A DNA stretch of 63,838 nucleotides, counting the filler, from Bigelowiella natans CCMP2755 (taxonomy: Eukaryota > Protista > Cercozoa): NCBI GenBank assembly GCA_000320545.1. It is 4 parts of 4 records of this genome, joined end to end, with 100 filler letters (N's around TTAATTAATTAA, not from the genome) between each part and the next. Parts side by side here need not be neighbours in the genome. Positions count along the whole stretch, not along the records: positions 1 to 28,846 come from ADNK01001611.1; 3 more parts are not named here. The stretch is one strand, 5' to 3'. A program made the position numbers and the translations under genes. Shown piece by piece: positions 1 through 13,075 of the stretch. The notes beneath the pieces were generated by a model, which worked only from the letters and a program-made list of their open reading frames with translations, searched no databases and was not told the origin of the DNA. How positions within the stretch are numbered: the stretch's first letter is position 1; each line of letters opens with the position of its first letter.

Positions 1-61
1 GGGGGGGGGGGGGGGGAGCGGAAAGATATTACTCACAGCACACATCGGAACTCAACTGAAC

Positions 62-97
<36 letters not shown>

Positions 98-227
98 TGT
101 GTCTGTGTGTGTGTGTGTGTGTGTGTGTTTTGGATAATTTCGTTCATTGTCCTAATTTTTCCATCCAATGCGGTGGTGGTTGATGGCGTCCCGTCCATGA
201 TGTGGTATTATTTATACGTATGGTAGT

Positions 228-284
228 TTGGAAATGCTCGAAGGAAAGATACTCCCCGGAGTAGCTGCTCTTGACGACAAGTAA
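228..284 (+). CDS. Probable terminal exon of a + strand gene entering from the left edge (..LEMLEGKILPGVAALDDK*)
   Basis: AG acceptor (atggtag) followed by a short open frame to TAA. Preceded by intron-like (TA)n/(TG)n and followed by the 3'-flank-type sequence seen after other genes. Confidence 0.3.
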   Translation: MEMLEGKILPGVAALDDK

Positions 285-1058
285 CACAAGCCAGAAGTCG
301 CATTTTTTGGATAGTTGAAGGAGTCGTGCCTTTAATATCATAGCTCAAACGAAGCGCCTGGCCACCAGTGACGTACGATATAGACAATGAAGGCGGTGCA
401 TATCGAGTGCCTCCATATGTTCGCTTGTGTGTTAGTGTGGCTATCTAGTGCTACGGACGATGTCAGCATTATCAGCTGTGCCTCCGATGCAACTGCGTCT
501 GCTTTGACCTTGCTGCATGCATGCTACACATTACAACATGATGCGTTTATCAATTCTGTGACGCATCAAGGCCGCTGTGTAGGATCCATGTGCCATGCAG
601 CGCGCACATATGCACACATCATTAATTACACATCGACCATCAGCACACGGCACAGCCACGCAGATTTATATAGATAGTCAAGAGAGTATAAGTGCATGCT
701 GCGTGCGCGGAAGGTGCCTCATGCACAAACGCAGTGTGTCGCCTACAATCCAGCTTGCCTGTTGAGCCGTTCATGTGCGGCGCGCATGCTATGTAATGTC
801 ACATGACACAATTAGCGTACGCGTGATTCGCATGTGACATCTGATTGTTTGCTTGAGAATTGCTCATTTTATCACTGATAGTTCTGATCTTGAATCTAGT
901 GATCGAAATCCTTTACAATTCTCACACCACTCATCTTCTTCTCTGTATTGCTGACTATGTTGTAGCTCCTTCAAGGAAACATTGTTTTCGATTAAATGAG
1001 GCAATTAAACCTCATTTCGCATTCTACACGCGACACTAGACGATGCCCCTTCTGCGCT

Positions 1059-2123
1059 TTATTTATCCAGGTCTTTCAGTTTTTGAAACTTTGAACCAAG
1101 CGAAGACAGCCAGTCTTTGCCGCGTAACTCTACAAACCCTCTTCCAGCATCCAGCATGATAGTAGCTTTTGTCGGCCTAGCAGAGAAGACAGCAACAAAG
1201 CACCAAAAAAAACCACTTAGAGAGATGGACCTCTGATCGTAAGTAACATCTATCGTCGTAGTTTCTTCTACATTCGTTTTCTTCTATTCGAGGGCCTTAC
1301 GTGTATCCCCTTGCTCCCGATGTTTGCGACTTTGCCATGACGCGGCCTGCGTTTGCAGCAAACCGTGTGCGTAATGCGCATGTGAGTGATAAAAAACTTA
1401 TTTTGGACTGGGCCCACCTGAGGCAATTTGGCAGGTAACATCAGCGTATCCTATGCAATCCTTGAGCGCCTCGTCAATCAACACCCCTCTTTCGCCGCGC
1501 GCCTCCACTTTCGCCTCTAAGTCTACAAGATTGAGTTGGCGGGGGGGGGGCGGAGGGCGGGTTGCAAAATGGTTATCGAGCAATAGGAGTTTTGGGTCGT
1601 AAGAGAACCATCTAACAACTCATAATAGAGCCGACATCTCGTTCTTCTTCCATCTCGATAATACCTTGCGGCATTCTGCAGTGGATATCTCCTCCCCCAC
1701 TATTGACAAAGATCCGCTCGGATGAGCTCCCTGTCACCCATAGGAAGGAGGGGGAATGGAGAAGGGCACAAATGATACGCTAAATTCGTGTTGATTTTGT
1801 TGTTGTAGTAGTAGTAGTAGTAGTTGTTTGTTGTTGTTTTACTAACAAGATGATCAGTGGTGTCGTCAACCTAGCTGCATATCACACTTTCCGCCATTCG
1901 TCTGCACCTCCAAATGACCATCAAAACCTGGCAGTTTGGTCAAATTATCCTTATTTAGCCACCCGCTACTGCTGCCGCTAATGCTGCTGCTGCTACTACT
2001 GCTTTATAAGCATCATCGTCGCTGCTATATTTAAGACGCCAAACCCCCTTTCTTCTAAATCTCGTGTTTGTTGTCATTGCTCTGAAGTTATCATCATAAT
2101 GGCGATGGCTGCTCTCGTTATCG

Positions 2124-2157
<34 letters not shown>

Positions 2158-3509
2158 TATCATTGTTGTTGTTGTTGTCATTGCTCGTTGTATTCACTGA
2201 CCGCTCTCTATCACCACGTCCCCCCCTGCCGAAGTAAAAGAGGTGCTGCCGTGCACTGATCCGCATTGAATTGATTTGGCTGGTTGGTGGGGGAGGGGGG
2301 GGGGGAGTCATGAGGCGGTGTGTAGGTAGACAAAGCAGCAAGGAAAGAAATCTTCCCAAAGCGACTTCAGAAAAATCAAAGAACATAAAAGTAAATTATG
2401 AATGGCGCTTGATTCCCTGTGAGAAAGTCCAGATGCGAAACACCAAGTTATGGCCATGTGGCGACGCAAAAATGCAAAAATTAGCTGAATCGAAGCTAGC
2501 ATGATGACGGTGATGATTCTATTGAAGTAATGAAACGATGTGATGAAGCTGGGGGTGTTATCATCATCATCCACCACTATTCTCGTAGTACATCTACCCG
2601 CCACACGAATCTGGGTTGCATACAACGCTCGCACATCCGCCACTCCTTCCTCCTAAGATCGATAGAAGCAAAAATATGAATATTTACCGCAATCAGAGAC
2701 AACTCCATTGGACTCCTATTCCACGGATTTCTGACTATTTCACCACCCTACAGCGCTAACGGCACATAATAATCTACATGGGTTGGACACATGCACAGAG
2801 ATAGTCGTCTTCGGACCATCGCAATAAGCATCAACTTATTTTGAAAAAGAAGCTCTACAATTCTTGTGCAGTAAGCAATGAAGCATATAACTGAAAGGGG
2901 CGGGGGAGGACTACACACCGCGTCCACGTCGTATCGCATTCCCGTCATTCGTTTCGAGACAAACTCCCCCCCTTGCGTACGGATGTGTGCATCACCCTAC
3001 AATAAGGGAGAGAGGGTGGGAGGGGGGGGGGGGGGAGTTAAGCGGGACAATCAAGAAACCATCATCGGCTTGTTGTCCGGTGGGAAACACGCTCTTAAAA
3101 GAAAAAAAGGGGAAAACGACGGACTTTGAAATGAGATAGCAAGAGGTGGAACCAGACCCCAAAAACCGAAAATGCGTGGAAATATTTTCCTTTCCTCCTA
3201 CAACGCCACAACCAATCATGGGCGTCACGAATGCGCGCAATGATGATCCCAACGACCCGGCTAGTGTGCTTCGGTTTCACCCGTTTAAGATGCTTCATCT
3301 TCTGTTTGAGTTGTTTTTTGAGCAACGTCGCGTGTCTCGTGCGCTACTTACATTTATCACACGAGCGTTTATCTTTCCGCCTCCCGATTTCAGCTGACAG
3401 GGCCCCTCACTTACCTTGAAACAAACTTACTTTTACACACACAAACATACGCGCGCGTGCAGTATTCCTCACAAGAACAGCGCATTTGAACATGTTCCTT
3501 TATATTATG

Positions 3510-3556
<47 letters not shown>

Positions 3557-5090
3557 TAAAGTAGATCTGCGTTTTTGTGAGTCGAAGAGAGCGATGTTAA
3601 CATATACTACGCGTACCTTATCAAGAGTGATATTTCCACCCTGATTACCACAAGAAATAACAATCAATCAACCAAGCGAGCAACCAAGATACTTACGTCA
3701 GGAGTAACCATCACTGTCGTCCACGATCGATATTTAAATATCATCAATTCGAGGATAAGTAAGATAGAGAATGTGAATACGAGCTATAACGATGATGGTG
3801 ACGATGATGACGGTGAATGATCTACTGCATGATGCGTTTGGTAAGGGATGTGCTCTAATGCGATAATAATAATAACTTTCGAATGATTTGTCGACGTACA
3901 CACCCCAGTGTCCACATTCACCCCTCCCTCGATACGCGCCATGCTGAAACCAGCGCCGCTTGTTCCTACCCACATGGCACGAAGAACCATTCAAGATATA
4001 ATATTATTTCGTGTAACCTCGAACAGTTCCAGATTCCAAATCTATCTTTTAGCTGCTACATCAGATGGAAAGGACATTGAAAGCAGTATAGCGGGGAGGG
4101 GGGGGAGGGGAATTGAACAAGCACGGTTGGCTGTATTACTTGCATCTACTGAGAATTTTTCGGGTATGAGGCCCACCAACTTTTGCCCTGCTGAAAGTCT
4201 CGCGCGCAGGCGAACCCCTCCTATTCCATCGCTCTCCATCTAAAAGTAATGTCGCACAGGTCGCATATCTGGTTTATATGCTCGTTCATACTTTTATCGT
4301 GCGCAGGGGGGGCTCGCGCGTAGCCGTCGGCAAAAATAAGCGCGAAGTCATTCCGTTTCCCATCGTAACAACAGAAAATCCGTTTGTGGTGTATGCAAAA
4401 GAGAGAGATCTCGTGGAGCGAGTACCACCGCTTGCATTCATTATCCGGAAGGATGTCCTTCGTGTGTTTTGTGTGTGTGCTCTCTCTATTGCATATTTCC
4501 CCCCAAAATATCAATTTCTAATTACCTCGAACGGCTCCTCAAGATGCTTCTCACTGTTCTCGCCCCCCTCCTTGTTCTCCATAATGAGAGAAAATTCAAC
4601 CATGTCACAGTTTTCATTTTCTGTGCTAAGAACCACTCCATCACTTCCAGCGGGGTCTCCTGCGAGTAGTGTACGTTCTTGTGTGGGGAGGGAGCATTTG
4701 TGGGGTATGAAAGGAAGATCTCGAGTGTGTGGCTTCGTTGTTTTCAAGTGAAACCTGCGAGATCTAAAACGAGTTTTCCTTGGGGTCGAACCTGGGAGGA
4801 AATGAGAGCGTCATGAAGAGTCAATAGCACCTATTTATCTGTATTTGAGCAAGCGAACGAACAACCTTCATCGAATGCTTTGCTCCGTGATAACTTGGCT
4901 GGTTTGATGAGAATAGACGACATTCGCCAACAGCTAGGATGCGGTGGCACCTTCTCAAGATCCGGCCGGCAGAAGAGGAAAGCTGAAGAAGTACCATGGG
5001 GTCAATTCTGGAGATAGGTGGAAGGGAGTGGGCGTGTGGTCTGGAATATGATTGCCACGGGCGATGGGCGAGTTGCTGTTGGTACGACAT
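1059..5090 (-). CDS. FAM185A-like / DUF4097 (putative adhesin beta-repeat) protein, multi-exon, probable mitochondrial presequence
   Basis: GT-AG exons stitch into DUF4097-type repeats: LIPEKFSVDARTSGAGFSMARIEGGVNVDTG|GGNITLDK|VSEGPCQLKSGGGKINARVIN|GDAHIRTQGGEFVSKRMTG..|EEGVADVRALYA..|SVHGSTSFTSAGG|FDGHLEVQTNGGKCDMQL|FVNSGGGDIHCRMP. Last exon ..VELRGKDWLSSLGSKFQKLKDLDK* (stop 1059-1061). N-terminus MVLLQLSSSAGRILRRCHRILAVGECRLFSS. Start codon uncertain. Confidence 0.7.
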
Positions 5091-5859
5091 TTTTATGTTG
5101 CGACAAAGCCTATTTCCATTTTTGACTAGAAACGAGTCATTTTTTTAGTTTTTATGGTTTTTGAGCAAACACAGGGAATCTCCATGCGAAAGACTTGAAT
5201 TCGTGCTGTGTGCGTGATCAAATGACACAGCACGTGATTAACTTTGGCAGTTCAATGGTGCGACATCGCAATCCATCACTATTAATTTGGAAAATCCGAC
5301 CTTTGTGAATTTCACGGCTCGCAACTCTCCGTTTTTTTCTAGGAGCAAAAGCATGCAGGAGAGCACAGAGCTTGCGCACGTTGATCTGCTCTCCCATGTG
5401 GTTCTGGCGCATGCAGATTTGATCAACGCTTTTTTCATTGTTCATTGTTCATTGTTCTACATTTCCAATTCAATGTTCAATGCAGCAAATGCATGTTTGC
5501 GCACGTCATTTTGTGCCAATGCTCAGTTCAATGTTCAATGCATGCAGCGCACTTCAATGTTGGTCATGCCAGCTAGCCAGCTGGCCAGATTCATTCATCA
5601 CAAGTCTCATGCACGCATGTTCACACCATGCACTGTTCAATTTGTGCACGTCACACATCGTGACTGGAGAACACAGATGTCCACACAGCCAAACAGACAT
5701 TCGATGCTTGAAGGAACCATTTGCTTCATCTCACGCTGCACGGCAGAAGAAATGACCCAACACATTGCAGCAACGATTGACAAGCTAGCAAGGCATTTGC
5801 TGCTGCATTGGGCTGAGGTGTGCCATCATGTGAACGTGATCATCATGCACGTGAATGGT

Positions 5860-8800
5860 CTAATCATTCCAACAGACACTTTGTTGAAAGGTCCTGTAAC
5901 TCTCAAACGTCTTTTCATTTGCTTGCTGTTCCTCCGTCTTGCTGTTTTCTTTCACATGATCTGTTGCAACTGGCTTCCTTAGATGCTCGTTTTTGTGCGC
6001 TTTGAACTTGTTGGTCTCTTTTGTCAATGGGCATCCTTCACTCTTTCTCCTCTGATGCTGAGGTGTGTCACCATATCTTCCTCTTCTCACATTCGTTTTG
6101 GCATCTTCTGATGTGCAACCTCCTTGTTGATAGCTAGTGGCTACGTCATTCGCTACGCCTCCCTTTTTCAAAATCACTCGAGATGTCACGACCACAATTT
6201 CTTTACTTTCGTCCGTCTCTTCCATGAGGCAGGGGGATATGATGTAATCAATGGGGGAATTCTCGGTTATTGATGGCTCATGGAGAGGGATGGGAGTATG
6301 ATATTCCTTATTGAAAAGGCCTACTTCTGGTATCTGCAGCGAAAATTTCGGATATTCAAGAACCATGGCCCAAAATACACGAGACAGCTCCCTCAATTTT
6401 ACACGAAGTTTATGTCTCGTTTTCTGGACTTGTCGCTCTGCCTTTGTGCATTCAGTATGCGCCGTTGTGGAAGCATATGGAAAAATTGAGGGCGCAAGCT
6501 TCCTCACTTGCTTGTGCCATCCGAGAAAGTTTTCACCAATAAACCCAGTCGTGATTTCATTAGCAACAGCGCTGATACTGTCACTACTGACACTTCTGGT
6601 TTCTTTTGCAGAAGTAGCACTCCACGGATGATTCCATTCATTGAGAAATGCGTCCTTGATAGCCACTCGCAACGTTTCAGTTGTTGTTGTCGGCGCAAAG
6701 GAGAACGGCTTAATTACCATTTTCATGTACTGGCGAAGGTGGTTTTTGGCGGCTTGGTGCAACCCCAAGACGTATTTCAGCAATTGTTTCCGCCACATCT
6801 TCAGGCTTATCTTGGTCGAAGAATTAGCCCTCGATACATCCCTATGTAGTTTCTTTGAAAGAGGAATCAGAGTGTCAACTTTAGACTTGAAGTCTTGTAT
6901 GAGCTTTCTTTTGGGAGGGAATCCATCTATCCTTCCGGTAAGCCGACTGAACTCCAACGTCCCATACGCAGCGTGAATTTTCTCCAACTCATTGCTCTGA
7001 TGCTCCATCTGCCTTTCGAGTTTCTGGCTGTGACGTTTCAGTTCTTCGTGAGCTATCGCCAGCTTCTGGTACGAGTCCTTCCAGTTGTTGTCAGAGGCAA
7101 ATCGATTGTGGTGCGACTCTAGATCATCATAATCAGCTTTCTGTGCACCGTAATCAGAAATCAGCGATGTACGAGCGTCCGGCAAAGATAGACTCCCTCT
7201 TTTCCAGTCTCCACCACAATCCCCACGACTTTGAGGGGAGATTCGAGCGCTTCGAAAATAGTATAATATCGCGGCGCTTGGAAGGATCTGTAGGGAAGAA
7301 AAAGCCAGAGATAATATTGGCAAAAATCCCATGAATCTTTGTTTTAGATATGATGATCGTCACCTCCTAATCTAATTAGAGCTCGCTCTACTCCTGAATT
7401 AAACGTGGATTGATTTTGGTCGTACTAACCCCTCTTCTCGTGCCCCCCCCCCCCCCAATTCGAGCTCAATGATACTGATATTCGTTACCTCCCAACATAT
7501 ATGCATTATAAACGAAGGAAGGTCAATTTCGGATCGGGGGCTGTTGGCAATTTTTATGTCAAAGAAGCTAGCATCAGCAAAGACCGAAAGGATATGTTGA
7601 TGTGTAAACGCGATGATTGGCCACAACGGCAGGTAAATGACGACGATGATTTTCATAAGAATTAACAAATCATTCTCCACCTACCCATGGTCTGTTTTCA
7701 TGATACAATAAATGCCTCGACTCAGAAACGCTGCCCACGCCAATGCAGTCACCTTAACAAACATATTAGAGTTGGTGGATGATGATGGGACGAGCGCAAA
7801 CGATTCACATGTTATGGATTACAACAGCCAGCTTGCATGGGGCTGGGATAGCTCTCACCACAATTTTCCTCGAAGAACAAGAACGAGCTACGAGAGCCAT
7901 TCCAAAATAGCTGTTTGGTGGTTATGGAGGTGCAATGAGTCCACTCGAAATGATCTTCATGTGATTCATTCTATTGCCACCTAAAAATAGCTGTGAGGAG
8001 AAGATATTCCACTCCAGTTAATCGAGAGAAAGTGTTGCACTCCGCTTCATCTGGATCACACTTTGAAACAATCGCCAAACGTCACACCAGCAAGAAAGGT
8101 GATGTTCTAATTTCATAATTCGAAAATTCATTGCTAGCTTACCATCATGCCAAAAAAAACAGGAGTTAGTGCTGTTGTAACCTGAATTCCAAAGGTCAGG
8201 CTAAAAGCAACACAGTTTGCCACAAAAAACAATCCCCAAATTGCCTAATGTTTCGCAGTAATAGTTTCAAAGATAGACAAAGATATCTCTATATTCTAGA
8301 ACAAGTCTCTATAACATTTCCAAAGATGTAGAGTACGTCTACTTTAGTATTGTTTATCCTCATTACTTGAATGAAATTGTTGCCATGAATAGCACGGTTG
8401 ATGTGCTGGTCAAGGGATCTTTTTGGAAACCGGTTTTCAACACGATGTTGATTTTATTCTGATTCCTTTATTGATTTTTGGTGTTTCTGTTTCTATTACA
8501 ACCTCTATTTTTGCTGGCCAATCCTGCTGATAGAGAAGCTTAGCGTAGAAGACGGCAATTAGGGAAAATGTGGTAAATTGGAGTGCTGAGGGAATCCTCA
8601 GGATGAGGATTTCGGCTACGTTCTGAGAAAAATAACGGCAGCTTTAGCCAGGTTGCCAGGGAGTCAACCATCATCACTGATTTTAGATTCTCGATAGAAA
8701 CCGAGCTAATACTCTTGCAAAATGTGTCGAGGGTAATTACATTTAGCGAGAACTTCTCAGGTACCGGTAGATTGGCCTCAAAAGCAAAGAAGAACGCCCG

Positions 8801-9127
8801 CAAAGCCATCCAAGGAAGTAGAAGGAGTAGGAAAGAAGCTTGAAAACTGTCGAATAAGCTGTGTCTGCAAAATTTGATTCCATCATTTACGAAACCAATC
8901 TTTTCTGCGGGCGTGCAATGTATATCTGCCGGCTACCAGGTCGATTAATCAATGAATTACCCATTGCACACCATCCTGCTGATTTGAAGAAGGGAGCTTA
9001 ACGAAAGTATTGAGTACCTAATATGTCCAAGCCAAAATCATCATTCAGTTATGACCTCGAGATGATTTGTTAAATTGTCTTACAAGAGGGCCAGGGCAAT
9101 GGCCAAACCGGCTTGAGGACTCTCCAT
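5860..9127 (-). CDS. GPR137/TOM1-THH1-like 7TM protein fused to a coiled coil and a MIEAP/GrpE-like C-terminal domain
   Basis: Stitched exons: MESPQAGLAIALAL|LYSILSLSSLLQISRMVCNG|HSLFDSFQASFLLLLLPWMALRAFFFAFE..; AIWGLFFVANCVAFSLTFGIQ; VTALAWAAFLSRGIYCIM; FIMHICWE|ILPSAAILYYFR (phase-0 intron 7288-7488). These resemble GPR137 TM1-2, TM6 and TM7 (WELLPTTLVVYFFR). The large last exon 7287-5860 encodes a heptad-rich coiled coil followed by VFWAMVLEYPKFSL..FNKEYH..IDYIISPCL..VVVTSRV. Confidence 0.7.
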
Positions 9128-9683
9128 CGGTAGTCAATACCCGGTGCTCGATTTTGTAAGCAAAGCCTTTGCGCTTCGATGTATCTATTAGCAATCCAAT
9201 CCTGCCGGTAATAAAATATCGATAGCTACCTTGTAGCCACCTTGTTGCAGGTTGATTTATCCGATTGAGAGGGTGGCGAACGTTTGGCTTGTGCGTCACC
9301 GGATTATGCTGATTGTTGACGCCGAAGCTGACGCCCGTCTGATGACGCCCTGGATTGAGTGAGAAACTTCTTTGGAATCAGTATTCTTTTCTCTGTCGTT
9401 TTTTGAAATTCCCCTTCGTTTTCTGTTATTTTCCTTTTTCGGAAATTATCGGCCAAGGCGTCAGAGAAGGACCGGACCGGGTTGTGGGGTGTTTAGGAGC
9501 ATGTCGTCTCCAATTCTGGTGATATTTTCGACGAAAGCCAGTAGTTACTTGTCGTTTTTATTGTCGCGTGTGTTAAAATCGGTGCAGTTTTTGTAAGATA
9601 GAGATTCATTTGCAGACTTTTTGAATCTGAATTTCCCGTTTGTTTCGGCCGATCTCGTAGCACTGCCAGAACCCAAGCACACC

Positions 9684-10916
9684 ATGAATGGGACCGTGCC
9701 GCGCCTCATCATCGCAATCGATCCTGGAACTTCGGGCATGGGCTTTGCCTACCGGTAGTCTTGATGTCCCTCGATCTGACCCTACTCCCTTGCTGTAACT
9801 TGTCTTCTCCCTAGAAAAGAAAAAGGGGACTATTACCTCCTATCAGTCAATTTGCAGCATCTTCACGTCTTAGATATACAAGCGACAAGGGGGAGGTATC
9901 TACCGACCAAGGCTGGACGAAGAATAAAAGGCCCAAGGAGAAAGTGAGAACAGCGATTTTGGTCGAGGTGAGTCTTACGGTTCCTTCCCTTCCTAAGTAA
10001 GTCATTTTTAATGTAAATGGCCTTTCTTTGTCTCCGTGCTGTTACCTACATGGTACCCCTGATGAAGCTTTTGCTATCCCCTCGGGCATATCGTTGCAAC
10101 AATAAGCACTCCAACCGCTATTTATTAGGAGTGTGATGATGGGAGCTTCAAGGTTGTAGACTGTGGCGAAAACGCACATTCCAATTATATTCGCATTTTA
10201 CACGGGGTCAATAGAAAGAAGACGAAGGAGAGAAAAAAGGAGTGCAAGGGATCTCCAGACAGGTATTCCATGAATAATGAGAGTAACAGTCAAGCTGCGT
10301 GCTTTTCCCGCCATCAAAAAGATTGTATTCGCCGTGTGGTTTAGAATTTACTACGTAACGTACATTCCGTAATTGATAGCATCAGTATTCTTCTTAGTGC
10401 CACCCCCTCCCCCATAGACATCGTTACGCGGCCCGTTCCAACATTGCGGGACAACGCACATTACTCAGGTACTACTACTTCGACCGATTCAAGATGTCCT
10501 TATACCAGAACGACAGCGACGAGAAATCTTGGAGAGATCCAATGGTCAAAGATGTTTCAGGTTATTGCTACGTCGTTTCTCCTTGATAGTTTTGCCGTAG
10601 ACCAATGCCCAGAAGAACGTATACACCAAAAGTAGAAGCAGTAGCAGCGGCTGCTGCTGTTAAAATCGAGTGGGTTATAACCGAGTGTGCTCGGATATTA
10701 CATTTCCCAACGATCGCCGGCAGAATACTCATAGAGCAGATTAGTGACCGATTAAGAATAGCATTTGACTGCACCTATGCGTCGTCGTTTCTGCCTGTAA
10801 GCCAGCATAATTTTGACTACCCATAGGAAGGAGGGAATTCAAAGCCTCAGTTGTGTTTACCTGGTGCATTCGCTGCCTCAAAGATCAAGCATTAAAAAGA
10901 TTGCCAACAAAGTGCA

Positions 10917-10947
<31 letters not shown>

Positions 10948-10986
10948 AATATTTCCCCAACACTACTTAACATATTTACTCAACCA

Positions 10987-11028
<42 letters not shown>

Positions 11029-11495
11029 ATATTATAATATATGTAACATAGATGTATTTTCCTTACAGCGAAGACAAAGATAAGATTCGTTGGGTCATTC
11101 TTGTTCCAGCGATATGGCAGGAACCGGCCAAGAAACTTATGATAAACGCAGCCATCAAAGCTGGTATTCCGCCAAGTCAACTGCAGCTCTGTTTAGAACC
11201 TGAGGTGAGTAAGTAGTCGCAAACCAACATGCTGTCACATTGCTAGAAAAACGCTCTCAGATGAAGATGTAGTCCCTGCTTTCGCTCTCCCCGACAGGCT
11301 CTCATGGCCTCTAAATGTGCTGCACCCCCAATACTATTTCACAGGCAGCTGCAATCGCTACAATCCACGACAGTAGTGTCACCGCTTTGATTGCCAAAGG
11401 AACGAGGTGCTGGAAGAGAGGAAATAGCTGCGAGAAAAGATTCAGAGGCGGGGGAAAGCCTATGGGAAAGCAGCGAGAAGAAATCGGGGATTGGG

Positions 11496-11535
<40 letters not shown>

Positions 11536-11894
11536 GGATTTAAGGATGTAATACTTATAAATCATCTGCCGTGCTCATACTACTGGACGGCATGCCCCTC
11601 CTTATTCTTCTTCTGTTATATTTTGCATATGTGTATACTTGTTGATGTCTTGCCAGATACATGGTTCTCGATGTGGGTGGGGGCACGTGTGATATAACCT
11701 GCCACGAGGTAGTAGTAGTAGTAGTAGTAGTAGTAATCGCCCAATCTGAAGCCATTGACCGTTGGACACAGTCTATCTCAAATATGGCAGCCAGTAAATA
11801 CATCAAATAAAATGGATTACTGAACTAAATTCACCTACGCTCCTCATTCATCTAAGTAATATTCGTCTTGCCTGCGCGCTCTCCCCCCCCCCCC

Positions 11895-11939
<45 letters not shown>

Positions 11940-13040
11940 TTTTTTTTTTTTTTTTTATATTTATATACCCCCCCATATACCCAAGTACCCACCAGTTGAC
12001 ATGGGCGCATTTCCTCAAACCCCAACAAAGGGGACCTGCCCTGAGAGATTTGAAGTAAAGGAAATACGAAAAGTGAATGGTGGAGATTGTGGATCCTGCC
12101 AAATCAATGCTAGATTCGAGCAGATTTTGGCAGAGCGAATCACTGGGGGGAAGAAAAGGTGTGATTGTAGACTGCTTAGAAACCAGCTTTCGCAGCGTCA
12201 CGTTTCGAATTATTTCATTTCCCCTATCCTCCTCCCATCCCACCTCCCCCTATCCTCTCTTTCTCTTTCTTTCTCTTCTTCTCCTACTCCTGAAACTGTG
12301 CCTACGGCAGCTGGAGAACGTTCAAGATGAAATCCCCTCGCGCATACAACGAATTCTGTGAGAATTTCGAGCAATGTAAACTCGAATTTAGTTCTAAAGA
12401 GGAACTCTACATTCCAATCCCCTCCTCCCTAGCCAAACTCTTGCCCAAAGACTATCGCGACGGGATGGAAATCAATGAGGTGCTGAGGTGGTGGCACGAA
12501 TGAAGAGGGGAGGAGGGGGGCATTCGAGGGATATGGAGAAACTCATGCTACCGGTATGTTCCGATCCTGATTTTTTTCCTGATATTACTTGCCAGGATTA
12601 CTTGATTTTGGACAGGGAGTTTGTTTCCAAGTTATTCGACGATGCCTCCATCTTAAAGATCACAAACCTGCTCGCGTGGGTAGAAAGAATTATACAGATC
12701 CTCGAATATTCTTCGAGAATTGACGAGGTGTCATTGCGACGATGTGTAGGAGCTAAATTCGTGTGATGGCAGAGGGCTCGATTTCGTCTTTTTAGCCGGC
12801 GGCTTCGCCAATTCTATCTATCTACGGAGAAAGGTTCAGGATTGTGTTAGCAAGATCTCTTCAACGATTGAGGTAATACAGTTTACAATGAAGAGCGATT
12901 TCGCAAACGCTACTCGACACTTAATTAAATACACCTAACGCTCAAATTCTTCTTCTGACTAACAACAGGTGAAGTACCCTTTGGACGCCTCCATGGCTAT
13001 TTTAAAGGGGGGAGCGATGATGGGAGAGAGTCCCACGGTG

Positions 13041-13075
<35 letters not shown>

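Noticed and set aside
5287-5982. 231-aa + strand ORF
   Set aside because: Lies in a TGCA/CATG-rich 3' flank, has the H/C/M/A-rich composition expected from that bias, overlaps the 7TM gene end, and shows no motifs.
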